Below, one piece after another: positions 36,840-50,344 of a DNA stretch of 64,000 bases. Every line of letters starts with the position of its first letter. The first letter of the stretch is position 1. Under the pieces are notes generated by a model that searched no databases, was not told the origin of the DNA, and was given only the letters and a program-made list of their open reading frames with translations. The position numbers were made by a program, and so were the translations under genes. Source of the DNA: Chiloscyllium plagiosum (taxonomy: Eukaryota); the NCBI RefSeq assembly GCF_004010195.1, contig NC_057711.1, positions 74,912,433 through 74,976,432 of the forward strand, written 5' to 3'.

Positions 36840-37530
36840 CTTCTCTTCTTCCAAATATAGGATGTTGCCATCGCTACCTTCATAGATCCTAACAATGTCT
36901 GTCTTTTTATAGGATAAATAGAACATTTCCTGGTCTAGTCCTACCCAGAGCCCCACCCCATTCAACCTCTTTCCCAGGTACATTGATGACCGTATCAGTA
37001 TCATTTTTGCTGTTACCTTGAACTCCAAGCTTGATCAACTTTGCTTCAAATTTTCACTCTTCTCTCACATCCAAACAGAACATCTTCAACACTTCCCTTA
37101 CTTTCCTCGCCATTGTCTTCATTTCAGAGGACAGGCTACCAATCAATATTCACTGCGAACCCAATGATTCCCACAGTGATTTTGAATATGCACCCACATA
37201 CCCTATTTCCTCTAAGGACTCCATTTCATTCTCTCAGTTTCTCAGTCTCCATTGCATCTGTTCTGATGATCTAACACTTCTGATAGGTCTTGCTTTTTTT
37301 TCAAATGAGGATTTTGCTGCACCATATTGGACAGGGTTTAATCTATTTCTCATACTTCTGCTACAACCTCTTCTTTTCCCTTCCAGAACTGCAAGAGGGT
37401 TCTCATTATCCTCATCTTTTGACTTTCTTACCATCCAAGACTCGAAACCTCCTATTTAATGAAGCAACAGTTTATGTCATTTTTTTCAATTTAGTGTCCT
37501 ATATCCACTGCTCACAATGCAGTCTCAAAT
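36840..37530 (+). mobile_element. Penelope-like element RT/thumb relic
   Basis: INFASNFHSSL..DRLPINIHCEPNDSHSDFEYAPTYPISSKDSISFSQFLSLHCICSDD; NLVSYIHCSQCSL (start of GIY-YIG). Confidence 0.8.
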
Positions 37531-39389
37531 GATGTCTAGTCTGTGTAATAGTCTTAATTACAAAATCTGAAAAAGTCCAAACTCCAGCACAGTTGATTTT
37601 GAGGATGCCAGATTTGGACTTTGCACTTTTGCTTTCTGTCTGTTAAAACATGTGTTGTAAATCAAATTAAATTGTTTAAAGTTAAAGAATAACTGCAGTG
37701 CCTTTGATTGATCTTTTATATTTTGCATTTTAAAAATAGACAATGTAAACAATCCTCCATGGTTTGAAGTTTCTAAGCAGTCACATTGTGCATAATTTGA
37801 CATAATTTCTTTAGAAAAATATTTATACCTTAAAATTGTTGTTTAAGATTATATGCTGTTGGAAATAGAATCTAACGTTTTAATGCTTCTGCATAGTTTC
37901 ATCATAAAGTTAGAAAAATATACATGACATGCTGATGATTTCATCTTAGATTACAAAATGAAAAAAAAATTGCATTGTTTAGAGATGATTGCTGTTTCAT
38001 GCTTGTTTGGATGAGTGGTGCATGCTTGTACATCAGCAGTTATGAAGTCGGTTCAGCCCAGTGAATCCCCACATTGTGTGTTTTCAGTCATCCAGACAAT
38101 TCAGGGAAGGGATACATGTACTTTCATATTGGAACAAACATTGGACCATAAATTAGTCTTCGTCATTCCTGTTATACTGTGAGCCTTTGTCTATTAGTAT
38201 GTTGACTGTCTACTTTCTCATATGGAGAATCTCATTTAGCATGAAAGAAATTTGAGAGGGAAGAAGCAAAATAAATAATGGAAGAAGAATAATTCCACTA
38301 ACGAAAAAGGGTTCTGTAATACAAAATCTAAACTCCGCACACAATGCTGTTAAAATGTTCAAATCAACCTTATACTAAAAAAGGTGATGCCCTAATTAAG
38401 CTGTAAAATGTGATGTAGATCTAATTAAGTGAGCAGAAATAACAAAAAGAAACACTGCTCTAATACTTTAAACCCCAGGAGACTTCATGTACTGCCCTAT
38501 TGTTTGCAAACTTGACAGACATAATATATGATAAATGATAATGAACTACAGTAGCAAGCACTGAGCTGTTAATTAGTATTATAGCTTCAATGCAACTTTT
38601 TTTTAATCTACATCTACTGCAGAGTATTTGGAGTATCTAATATAGCCACTGTTGAGTAAAAGTGTTGTCAATACAATTTGTTCATGCTTCACCCTCAACT
38701 CAAGAAAAACTTTCTTGAAGCACATTAGGTACTGTCGCAACATGTACATAAAGTTCCACCGAGACTGTGTCCAGTTTTAAATTCATAGCTTATAAACCTT
38801 TGAATTGTATTGACACCAGTAGTCATGATATGTTCATATTTATTATTTGCCCAAAATAATTATTCCATCTAAAGTGAACTCTGAAGTGTACGTTTCTGGT
38901 AAATAATGGGCTCCTGCAGGTTTGTCCATGGATTAACCTCATGAAGGCATCAACTGATGTCTGTGTGAGGTGATTAATAGTTTTCCATTGTTCAGCAAAT
39001 TTTCCATATAAATTTAACAATGTCCGTTGTTCATGTTATCTGATCAAAGGATTGCTCTGTAAATTAAATGATGGATTATCCATCTGAAGTAATCAATGGA
39101 TTGTATATATATAATCTGATGATTGCACTGTCCTTGTAACTTGCTCAATGAGCTGTCCATGCTGGGTGAACAATGTATGTAGTATATGCTCAGCAATATT
39201 TGACAAGATTAAAAATAGTCTTTTCAAATAGGATCCCTTTAACACACAATTAAACAAAATGATCTGAATCAAGTAACAATTTTCATTCCCAGTTTTCACA
39301 TGTAATCAAAGCCTTCTGCAGTGCTTTTTTTCTCTCTTTGGGGATCAGTGAGGAAGTGTTGGAAGGGTTAGCAGCTTTATTATCAAATG

Positions 39390-39486
39390 GTTTAATCACA
39401 TCTGGAGCCAACAAGCCCAGGAGTAGAACTTACACTCAGAGCTCCTGGCTCAGCAATTAGGGCACTACTGACCGAGACACAAGACT
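39390..39486 (-). mobile_element. tRNA-like short repeat, related to about 6365-6445
   Basis: Reverse complement GTCTTGTGTCTCGGTCAGTAGTGCCC..CTGAGCCAGGAGCTCTGAGTGTAAGT..GCTCCAGATGTG. Confidence 0.45.
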
Positions 39487-40142
39487 TCCACATACTAGTT
39501 AAAGAAGCTATAAATTTGTAATCATGGTTTCAATCAGAGCTAGAAAAGAACATGTAAAGGAGATATCATAAATTGGAGAGTGTAGAGGACAACACCTTCA
39601 TTTACTTCCAGCAACAGATAACGGACTGACTGATTCGACATCTTGAATGTGCTCATGAGAAGTAAGTTTTATGAATCAATAGTCAGCTGGGGCCAATTAA
39701 CATATGCACTTTTCCAACAGAACGCACGATGTAGAGAGTATCATTTTCAATTTAAACATGATTGGAAAACGGAGGGCTGTGGACCAGCCACTCATTGTAT
39801 ACCTTGTACAAAGCAGGCAATTTACAATGGGCAATACCCAAACTGAAAGTGCTTCACAGTACTAGGGAATGGAAAGGTCAGTGTAGGAGTAAAACAGAGA
39901 GCTGCAGTTCATCATTGTGATGCCTCACTGGGATAACATACTGGAAATCAAGCCCCGCTATTCTTGGAGTATCAGAAAAGTTAAAGATCTTATCATGGGA
40001 TATAAAATTGTCTGTCTTTTAGACTCAAATTGACATAAAGTATGGACTATGTTTCGATACTTAACACAAATTACTATCTTTAAAAATAAATAGACTCTAG
40101 CTACAAATAAACATTAGGAACTGTCAGCATATAACTTTACTT

Positions 40143-40272
40143 GGCGAAAGTGGGTACTGCAGATGCTGGAGATTAGAGTCAAGATTAGTGTGGTGCTGGA
40201 AAAGCACAGCAGGTCTGGCAGCATTGGAGCAGGAAAATCAACGGTTCGGGCAAAAGCCCTTCATCAGGAATG
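40143..40272 (-). mobile_element. Solo family A hammerhead element (GAAA mutated to GAAC)
   Basis: Reverse complement ATTCCTGATGAAGGGCTTTTGCCCGAACCGTTGATT..CATCTGCAGTACCCACTTTCGCC. Confidence 0.88.
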
Positions 40273-40756
40273 ATGAAGTGTATATAGCAAATATAATACA
40301 AATTATATTAGCAACACATTTAACTTCACTTTTTGAAACTCTGACCTTATTTATAAAATTCCCCTTCACACATGTACAGACAGGAGGTGGAAGGAAAGCC
40401 TGGAAAGACTGTTCAGTTGTTTCTGTCCCTAGCGTTTGGTGAGATGATCGTGCTGGCCTGTCAGGATGTTGCTTTGACCTTCCTTCTCCAAGTACTTTAA
40501 TTTCCTTGCATGGGCACAGGGTAGCTGGTTCATGCTTAAAATATCTCTGACCTCTTGGTTAAGAAACACAGCTTACAGCAATTGATGAGGAAAAATAAAC
40601 TGGCTTTCAGGTTTGAGGTGTTTTGTTTTACTGCAGAAGTAAGGGACAGCTTATTCCCTTTCAGAGATCCAAACATTCACACCCCAAGCTGGTCACCTAA
40701 CTGGGAGCCAATCACATAGTGTTCTTTGATAACTGATCACTACACAGTAGACAAGT

Positions 40757-41085
40757 GGGCGGCACGGTGGCACAGTGGTTAGCACTGCTGCCTCACAGCG
40801 CCAGAGACCCGGGTTCAATACCCGCCTCAGGCGACTGACTGTGTGGAGTTTGCACGTTCTCCCCGTGTCTGCGTGGGTTTCCTCTGGGAGCTCCGGTTTC
40901 CTCCCACAGTCCAAAGATGTGCAGGTCAGGTGAATTGGCCATGCTAAATTGCCCATAGTGTTAGGTAAGGGGTAAATGTAAATGTAAATGTAGGGGTAGG
41001 GGTATGGGTGGGTTGCGCTTCGGCGGGGCGGTGTGGACTTGTTGGGCCGAAGGGCCTGTTTCCACATTGTAAGTAATCTAATCTA
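40757..41085 (+). mobile_element. HE1-type V-SINE, young
   Basis: Nearly identical to 35611-35922, with expanded (GTAAAT)3 and (GGGGTA) units. Confidence 0.95.
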
Positions 41086-41307
41086 AAAAAAAAATCTGCT
41101 ACTTGTTCTTGATTAAAGCTCCAATTGTACATATCCCTTGGGCTCCAGATCATTTTCAACTAGACTTTCCTCACTACTTGAACAAACAGCTCGGTAAACA
41201 GATGACTGTCTGGCAACTTGCTTTCAAAAAGTGAAGCAATGCTTCAACCACTATTGGCTTTCAAAACAGACCTTTTACCATTTCAGGCCACAATCAGGGA
41301 CAGTTAT

Positions 41308-41593
41308 GGGCAGCACAGTGGTTCACAGTGCCTCACAATACCAGGGACCTGGGTTCAATTCCCACCTCTGGCTTGCTCATTCTCTCGGTATCTGCATGGG
41401 GTTCCTCCCACAGTCCAAAGATGTGCAGGTCAGGTGAATTGGCCATGCTAAATTTCCCATAGTGTTAGGTGCATTAGTCAGGAGTAAATATAGGGTAAGG
41501 GATTGGGTTGAGGTGGGTTACTCTTCGGACGGTCGGTGTGGACTTGTTGGGCCAAAGGGCCTGTTTCCATACTGTAGGGAATCTCATCTAATC
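41308..41593 (+). mobile_element. HE1-type V-SINE with internal deletions
   Basis: Head, CCACAGTCCAAAGATGTGCAGGTCAGG, GGGCCTGTTTCC tail. Confidence 0.88.
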
Positions 41594-41977
41594 AAGAATG
41601 CAGTAAAAATAAAATGATACAATATTTACATCATACATTGTCAACATTAGAAATAACTCTGACGTGGCAGCTGGGGATTAAAGTGTTGAAAACAACATAC
41701 CTGAATGAACTCACATGCATCTGCACAGTTTTTCTCTGTATTTGTCAATCTTTCCTTCAGCTACTGATTTTCTTGTAACAGATCCATGAAATAGTTGTTT
41801 AAGAATCAGCTGACTGGGACACATTAGGAATGTCTGTCCCCACGTACCAAGCATGCAGATGATGATCCTACTGTTTTCACCATGAAGGGTGCCAACAAAC
41901 CATTAAATATATGTGACAGTTATCTGAAATGCCTCCAAGCTGTGTCGTGGATGCAAGACGCCGTAATGGAATCCATA

Positions 41978-42120
41978 GAAATAAAACAAAGAACTGCAGA
42001 TGCTGGAGGTCTGAAACACAGAAAACAGAATTTGCTGGAGAAACTCAACAGGTCTGACAGCATCAGCGGAGAGAAAACAGAGTTAATGCTTTGAATCCAG
42101 TAATCCTTCTTGAGAACTGA
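41978..42120 (-). mobile_element. Family D short repeat
   Basis: ACTGCAGATGCTGGAGGTCTGAAAC..AATTTGCTGGAGAAACTCAACAGGTCTGACAGCATC..GAGTTAATGCTTTGAATCCAGTAATCCTTCTTGAGAAC. Confidence 0.7.
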
Positions 42121-42324
42121 GGATAGTTAGGGAAGAATGTCACTTTATACTATTGATAGAGTGGGATTAGGCTGGTGTGGGAGAGAACTAAGAGAATAGA
42201 GAGAGCTTCCAGTTGCCACCACTTCAATAGAACATTCATCCAAAACAGTAAAAAGCCTTAAAACTCTGACTTTATGACCCCTGGGATTCAACTCTTGTCC
42301 ATATTTTGTCTAAGGCTGTAATGA

Positions 42325-43070
42325 CATCAGGAACTGAGTAGCCCTGGTGGAACATCAGCGAGCAGGTTATTGCTGAGCTTGTGCTGCTTGATAGCACTGA
42401 TGACAACTTTAATCATTTTACATATGATCGAGACTAGACTGACAGGTTGGTAATTGGGTGGGTTGGCTTTGTCCTTCTTTTTGTGTACAGGACATACCTG
42501 GGCAGTTTTCCACATTGATGACGAATGTTGTAATTGTTCTGGAACAGCTGGGCTGGTGGCACTGCAAGTTTTGAAGCACAGGTCTTCAGTTCTATTACTG
42601 GAATGTTATCAAGGCACATAGCCTCCACAGTGTTGAGTGCCTCAAAGAGTTTCTTAATATCACAAGGAGTGAATTGAATTGGCTGAAGATTGGCATCTGC
42701 GTTGCTGAATATCTCTGGAAGAGCTGAAGTTAATCATCCACTGAGTATTTCTGGTTAAAGATTGGTGTGAATGTTTCAACCATATTTTTTCACTGATGTG
42801 CTGGGCTATCCTTTTATTGAGGATGGGGATATTTGTGGAGCCTCCTCCTCCAGTGAGTGGCTTAACTGTCCTCCATCATTCTTAACAAGATGTGGCATGA
42901 CTACAGAGCTTAGATCTGATCTGTCGGTTGTGGGATCGCTTAGCTCTGTCCATCACTCGCTGCTTATGCAAGTAGTCTTGTTTAGTAGCTTCATCAGATT
43001 GACACCTCATTCTTAGGGGTACCTCCTGCTCCTGCTATTCCCATCTTCACTCTTGATTGAACAATGCTGA
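42325..43070 (-). mobile_element. L2/CR1-group LINE RT N-terminal fragment
   Basis: DNIPVIELKTCASKLAVP..WKTAQVCPVHKKKDKANPPNYQPVSLVSIICK. Confidence 0.85.
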
Positions 43071-43534
43071 CGTGTGCATGCTGGTGATTCTGATATAGAA
43101 CAGGAGTGTAGGGAAGCATGTTATCTGCCAAGGATGGGAAAGAAGTTATGTTCTTGATAACACTAGCCATATCCCATGAATGATTTTAAAAAACCTTCCT
43201 GAAGAAGTCATCAATGTGCAAATCCAGAGAAACAAAGCATCGGAGACCCTGATCGCTGGATTATTTGCATCACAAGAGGATGAAACAGGTTGGGAATTCC
43301 ATCTCCAGATCCTCAGATTGTACATAAAGCTAGGGCACAGAAAAAGCTGTAATATCACAAGAGAGTGTGCAGTGAAGAAGTTCGGTAGTGCATTTGTAAA
43401 TAGTTATCATAAATTACTGGGATGATTCTTGCATGAATTACATTATGATTAGGCTTCTTATTGGACAATGGGTGATGGGTACTATGATCAAGCTCATGTT
43501 ACTGTTGTGAAAAGCAGACCTTTTATTTCAATAA

Positions 43535-43960
43535 TAAGAACAAAAAAAGTACAAAAATAGGAGCACACTCACACAAGGGTGCAAAATTATAAATTGAGAG
43601 TCAATTGACTCTTCAAGCCTAATGCATCATTCAGTGAAGTCACAGCTGATCCTACTCCTCCACATTTCTGCTTTCTCCAATAAAGTTTCACCTTTTTTGC
43701 TTATCAAGGATCCACATACCTCAGCCTGAACAAGAAGCAAGTTCCAAAGATTAATGCTCCCCTCTGATATAAACTGCTCATATCTGTCTTTCATGAACAA
43801 ATGCTTAATTTTAAACAGCTCATTCTAGTTTTAGATTCTCTCATAAGAAGCACCATCCATTCCAATTCCAACCAAGACTTTGTGTTTCAATGAAACCACC
43901 TCTTACACTCCTAAATTCTAAAGGAAATAAGCCTATCCTCTACAATCTTTCCTGATAAGA
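43535..43960 (-). mobile_element. CR1 3' fragment, degraded
   Basis: Collinear with the outer CR1 at 50345-50680 / 51210-51310. Confidence 0.55.
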
Positions 43961-44074
43961 CCATATGGCTTCCAGTGAATGAATGCATTGTGTGTCCATT
44001 CAATATAGCACCAGGACCTTTAACTTCCAAGCATAGCAGTTGGGGATCCCTGCCACAAGATTCATCAAGCTACT

Positions 44075-46315
44075 TGACAACATTTTGGAAACAGTGATCA
44101 CAACTCCTTAAGTTTTAAGATAGCTATGAATTAGGATAAGTCAAGACCTCGTGGCACAGTACTAAATTGGGGGAGGGTAAAAAATGTCAGTATTAGACAG
44201 GAGCTAGGGAATGTTAATTGGGAGGAGCTGTTATCAGGCAAATCCATATTCGACAATTGGGAATTATTTAAAAACCTGCTACTGAGAGTTCAGGACTGGC
44301 ATGTTTCGGTCAGGATGAAGGATAAGGATGGTAAGGTAAGGGACCCTTGGGTAATGAGGGAGGATGTGAATTTAGTCAAATGGAAAAAAGAAGCATATTT
44401 AAGGTTTTAGGAAACTAAAATCAGACAGGGTCCATGAGGAATGTAAAGAAAACAGGAAATAACTCAAGCAGGGATTTAGGAGAGCAAGAAGGGGTATGAA
44501 ATAACTTGGCATTCAGGGTTAAAGAGAATCCCAAGGTATTCTGTACACACATTAAAAACCAGAGAATAACTAGGGAGAAGGTCAGCCCCCTTAGGGATAA
44601 ATGAGGGAACTTGTACTTGGAGGAAGAGGACATGGGTGAAATCCGAAATGAGTATTTTGCATCAATATTCACCCAGGAGAAGGATGTGGAGGATAGTGAG
44701 ATTAGTGTGGAGCATGCTAATATGCACGAGCATTTTGAGATGAAGAATGAAGTGTTATTGGGTTTCTTGAAGAACATTAAGATGGATAAGTCCCCAGGGC
44801 TCGATGGTATCTACACCAGCTTATTAAGGGAGGCAAGCGAGGCGATTACTGGGGCTTTGACCAAGATGTTAGTATCCTCGTTCACCATTGCAGAGGCCCC
44901 AGAGGTTTGGTAAGTAGTTAATATTGTGCCTCTGATCAAGGCGGGAAATAGGGACAATCCAGGAAACTGTAGACTCGTGAGTCTCACATTGGTGATTGGG
45001 AAGCTACTGGAGAGAATTCTTTGGGGCTGGGTGCATGTGCATTTGAAAAAGCATGGCCTAATTAGCACAGCTGGGCAGGTCATGTCTTACGAACTTGACT
45101 GAACTTTTTGAGGAGGTGACAAAGGTGATAGATGAGGGTAAAGCAGTCGATGTTGGATTTTAGTAAGGCTTTCGATAAAATTCCTCATGGTATACTCATC
45201 CAGAAGATTAAGACACATAGGGTCCGCAGTGACTTGGCCGCATGGATTTGGATTTGGCTTGATCATAAAAGGCAGAATGTAGTGATGGGAGGGTGATTTT
45301 CAGGCTGGTGATGGTGATTAGTGGTGTTCCACAGGGATCCGTATTGAGACCTCTGCTGTTTGTGATATATTTAATGACTTGGATGAAATGTAGATGGGTG
45401 GGTTAGTAAGTTTGCAGATGATACAAAGATTAGTGGAGTCGTGGGTCATGTAGAAATTTGTCAAAGGTCACAGCAAGATATGGAACAGTTGCAGATGTGG
45501 CAAACGGAGTTTAATCTAGGTAAGTGTGAGGTGCTGCACTTTGGGAGATCAAATGTTAAGCAAAAGTCTACAGTTAATGGCAGGACGCTGAACAGCATTG
45601 ATATACAGAGAGATCTAGCTGTTCAAGTCCATAGTTCCCTGAAAGTGGCCATGCAAGTAGATAAGGTGGTAAAGAAGGTATATGGTATCCTTGACTTTAT
45701 TGGTTGGGGAACTGAATACAAATGTAAGGATGTCATGTTGTACCTTTATAAGACTTTGGTTAGGCCACACTTGAGAGTATTATGTTCAATTCTGGTTGCC
45801 ACATTACTGGAAGGATGTGAAGGCTTTAGAGAGAGTGCCAAAGAGGTTGACCAGAATTCTGTTTGGATTAGAGGGTATGAGCGATAAGAAAAGGCTAGAA
45901 AAACTCTGATTGTTTTCTCTGGAATGGTAGAGGCTGAGAAGAGACTTGATAGAAGTCTATAAAATTATGAGACAAGTAGATGGGGCTGACAATCAGAATC
46001 TTTTTCACAGAGATGAAATATCTAAAACTAGGTGGCATGCATTTATAAGGTGAGAGGGGGAATATTCAAAGGAGATGTGAGAGGGATGTTTTTACACAGA
46101 GTGGTAGGAATATGGAACGCGCTTCCTGGGGTGGTGGTGGAGGCAGATACAATAAGGCCGCTTAAGGGACTTGCAGATAAGCACTTGGGATTGGAGGTTT
46201 ATGGACAAAGGGCATGCAGAAGGAATTAGTTAAATTTGGAAACATGTTCAGCACAATATCATGGGCCAAAGGGCCCATTCCTGTCCTATATTGCTCTATG
46301 TTCTATGTTCTATGT
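44075..46315 (+). mobile_element. CR1 LINE, about 2.2 kb, frameshifted ORF2, (TTCTATG)n tail
   Basis: KENPKVF..NEYFASIFT..DKSPGLDGI..GVPQGSVL..SKFADDTKI..KCEVLHFG..LYKTLVRPHL. Confidence 0.95.
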
Positions 46316-46854
46316 ACCTGGACAGATAAGCTGAGAACTGTATAATTATATGGGAGAAGCTGGCTTACCCATTAATGGAAATGTTGCTCACTTTCATGCC
46401 TGACACCATGTTTAGATTGCTTAACTGAAGATTCCATGCTTGGTCTGCTGTTTCCAGAAAGCTTAAGTCTTGCATTGAAACAATATACAACTCCACATCA
46501 AGCTCTTTACAATTCTGTCCTTGAGATGTTTATTTAGCTTTCCAGTAATCAAACTGTCTTTCGTACACTTCTTAGCACAACCTTTGAAGTATAGGCAACA
46601 AGACTAATTGTCTCATTCAATAATCATCCAAGGTATGAATCTTCATGTTAGCTCAGAAATAATTTACTTTGATGTCTGGTGTGTTCGTTAGACTGGAGCA
46701 CATCTTAGAGAAGTTATCTCACTTTCTACAAATAAAACTTGTTGGAGTAAGGTTGAACAATTTTGTCTTCAATTATATGAAGTTTTAGAACCACTCTTTT
46801 TTGCCAACGTGTTGTGGCATTAGATTGTATTGGATTTTTCATTGAAGTTATGAT

Positions 46855-47410
46855 TTGACAAGAAACTGAACTGGATTTGCCATATAAGTACAGTGGCCAC
46901 AGGAGAAAATCAGAGGCTGGGAAAACTGTAATGAGTAACTCACCTTCTGACTCCCTTGAGCCTGTCCACCATCTCCACAAAGCACAAGTCAGGATTATGA
47001 TGGTTGAGTGGCTGTGTGCAGTTTCAGCAACACTTGACACCAGGACAAAGCAACCTCCTTAATTGGCACCACATTCATACATTCAATCACCCCACTACCA
47101 ATGCTCAATAGCTGCAGTATGTACCATCTACAAAAGCACCACAGAAATTCACCCAAGATCCTTACATAGCACCTTCCAGAGCCATAACCAATTTCATCTG
47201 GAAGGACAGGGGAACAGATACATGGGAATACCACCACTTACAAATTCACCTCCAAGCCATTCACCAGCCTGACTTGGAAATATATCACCGTTTCTTGACT
47301 TGTCATTAAGTCAAAATCCTGCAATTTCCTCCTTGATGGTATTATGGGTCTACATAAAGAATATGGACTGCAGCGATTCAATTAGGCAGCTCCCCACCAC
47401 ATTCTCAAGA
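46855..47410 (+). mobile_element. L2/CR1-group LINE 3' end
   Basis: Opposite-strand homolog of 48290-48800. Confidence 0.75.
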
Positions 47411-48249
47411 ACTCTCCTCAATGTACACACTGCAATCTCTTGAAGGATCAATCAATGAGATAGTATACTGCAGTGTACAATCATGTCAAATTCTTCTGGG
47501 TACAGACACTTGAGATCACGTGGTGTGTTTCATCACAATAAATGAGGTTTGACTCTCATGAATTGCAGCTGTACAGAGATCTCTGTGTACAGGTCAGTCT
47601 GAACCATTGACATTCTTCCAGTAAAAACTTTTGCAAAGCCAAGATGAGTTTATGCATTCCACAGCAGTGTGAATCTGTGAATGTACAATGATCTGCCATA
47701 TGCTGTAAGTTGGTGTCTTATAGGTTATGCCACTGGTGGATCCCCAGCTATACTAGTCGACCTCTACATGACTTGTCTGGCCCTTTTGCCCCAGACTGAC
47801 TAGTATAGACTTCAGCTGTGGAATCAGAATTTGAATGCCTTAAGTATATGCTTACCTGCATCCCCGCTTTGGACTTACCCGATTAGGCCAAGGCCTTCCA
47901 CCTGTTTGCCTTCAAGTAGAAAAGCCTCAGGTGGTCCTGTCTCAGTTACATTGTGTTAGATATCATCCCATTACCTATTACAGCATCCAGTTGTATCCTG
48001 TCGACAGAAACCTTCCTGCTCTCTTACAGGCATGGAGTGGTAATTGTTGAGGTCCATGTATTTTAAGGTGCATTGTGTTAAATTGTTACTTTTAATTGTA
48101 ATTTTCGCTTTTAGTTTTTTAATCTGGCTTTTTCCCGACATACGATATCAATGGGTGCAAAAACTTATCTTCTTATAACATTGACATTGTGTGTGAAATT
48201 AACAATAATGAAAACTTGGTCATCTTCTGAAATTTGCCTTTATTTTATT

Positions 48250-49345
48250 TATTCATTTTTGTAAGATGTGGGCATCGCTGGCTGGCCAGCAGTTATTGCT
48301 CATCCCTAGTTGCCCTTGAGAAAGTAAGCTGCCATCTTGAACCACTGCAGTTCACCTGCTGTGGGTTGTCCCACAATTCCATTAGGGAGGGAATTCCAGG
48401 GTTTTGACCCAGCGACAGTGAAGGAACAACAAATGTTTCCAAGTCAGGATGGTGAGTGGCTTGGAGGGGGTTTGAAGGTGTTCCAATATATCTGCTGTCC
48501 TTGTTCTTCTCGATGGAAGTGACTGTGGGTTTGGTAGGTGCTTTCTGAGGATGTTTGGTGAATTTCTGCAGTGCATCGTGCAGAGAGTACACATTGCTGC
48601 TACTGAGCATCTGTTGTGGAGAGAGTGGATGGCTGTGGATGTGGTACCAATCAAGTTGGCTGCTTTGTTGTGGATGGTGTCAAGCTTCTTGAGTGTTTAT
48701 GGGTCTGCATGAGTCAGGAGGTGAATTACTTGCCAAAGTATTCCTAGCTTCGGACCTGCTCTTGCAGCCATTGAATTTATGTGGTGAATCCAGTTGAGTT
48801 TCTGATCAATGATAACTCCCAGGATGTTGATAGTCAGGGATTCAGTGATGGTAACACCATTGAATGTCAAGGGGTAGTGGTTAGATTGTCTCTTATTGGA
48901 TATGGTCATAGCCTGGCATTTGTATGACGCAAAAGTTACTTACCACTTGTCAGCCCAAGGCCTGGGTATTGTCCAGATCTTGTTGCATTTGGACATGGAC
49001 TGCTTCAGTGTCTGAGGAGTCATGAATGGTGCTGAACATTGTGCAATCATTGGCGAACATCCCCACTTCAGACTTTATAATGGAGGGAAAGTCATTAACG
49101 AAGCAGCTGAAGATAGTTGGGCCTAGGACACTACCCTCAGGAACTCCTGCAGGGATGTCCTGGAGCTGAAAAGACTGATCTCCAACAACCACAACCGTCT
49201 TTCTATGTATCAAGTATGAGTCTAACCTTGGGAGAGTTTCCCCCCCGATACCCATTGATTCCAGTTTTGCTAGGGCTCCTTGATGCCACACTTTGTCAAA
49301 TGCAGCCTTGATGTCAAGGGCTGTCACTCTCACCTCACCTCTGGA
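48250..49345 (-). mobile_element. L2/CR1-group LINE, RT domain to 3' end
   Basis: ALDIKAAFDKVWHQGALAKL..AGVPEGSVLGPTIFSCFVND..VGMFANDCTMF; A-rich tail at about 48240-48258. Confidence 0.92.
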
Positions 49346-50344
49346 ATTTTGCTGACGTTGAACCTAATTAACATCTTTGATTTTGTGCATCTCCTTCCCT
49401 TACTGCAGTGTGTGATATTAGGCTGTCTTTTCAGTCACCTGCGATTTGCTCTGAGGTCCGGCTTGAGGTTTAGAATCAGACTTCTTTTACATGGATATCT
49501 AATTCTCCTTTATGATGCATATTTAATAGATATCAGGGAAATATGTAATTATTGTTGGCCTACCACTATAGCTTCATACTAATTTCTGTCCTCAAATAAT
49601 GAATCAATTATATGGCTCCTTTACTTGCCCAAAATATACTTCACAGAGGCAATGTCTACCTAAAAGAATCTCTCTGACAGTTTCTCTTCACATTTATGCT
49701 GTTTGCTGCAGCATCTTCTGATAAACTGGGCAATAAATTCTTGGGGTTGCTATCCGTATGGCGTGAGTTAATTGTTAATCCTGAAGTTAATTCTTATATT
49801 ATTTTAAATATCAGGAACACAGAGTACCAGCCTCCAACTTCTGTATTGCAACTCAAATGTGAACTTCAGCCTTTTTATTTTACTTATTTTTAATAAGGGT
49901 GATTTTAGAAATGTATTATGTCTTCACAGAACTAAAACTCTTATCAGAAACAAATCAACTTATTTCCTTTGTGGTTAACACAATATCTATAGATCTGAAC
50001 AGTTGTCTGTACTCACGAAAAACTGATTGTGCTTAAGAGTGCGGAACTCTTCCCTTTGTCTGAGTTCTGTGTAGTCCAAACAGGTTGCCTGGTTTATCTT
50101 CAAGTAGTTTTCAAAATACGTATTACCAAAATATTGGGATCTTTTCTACATAGCCAGTACTGGTATCATTGTTATTTTGCCTCTACAGGGTGTTCTGTAT
50201 GATGTGGCAATGCTTTGTTATCTCCCTTAAGGAGCTCGGCATAGATATCATAGCATTGAAGAATCCAAAAGACAGTTATTATAGCTATTATGTACAACCA
50301 TTACATTCACCAGGCTATTAAGCTATTATGTCACATACTTATAC

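Noticed and set aside
47410..48060. Second Harbinger transposase relic on the minus strand
   Set aside because: Only faint motifs (e.g. TLQYT); too degraded to support by eye.
50011..50105. Possible minus-strand host exon (GTGAGTA donor; ATCLDYTELRQREEFRTLKHNQFF)
   Set aside because: Weak acceptor, no recognisable protein similarity and no partner exons; needs RNA-seq.
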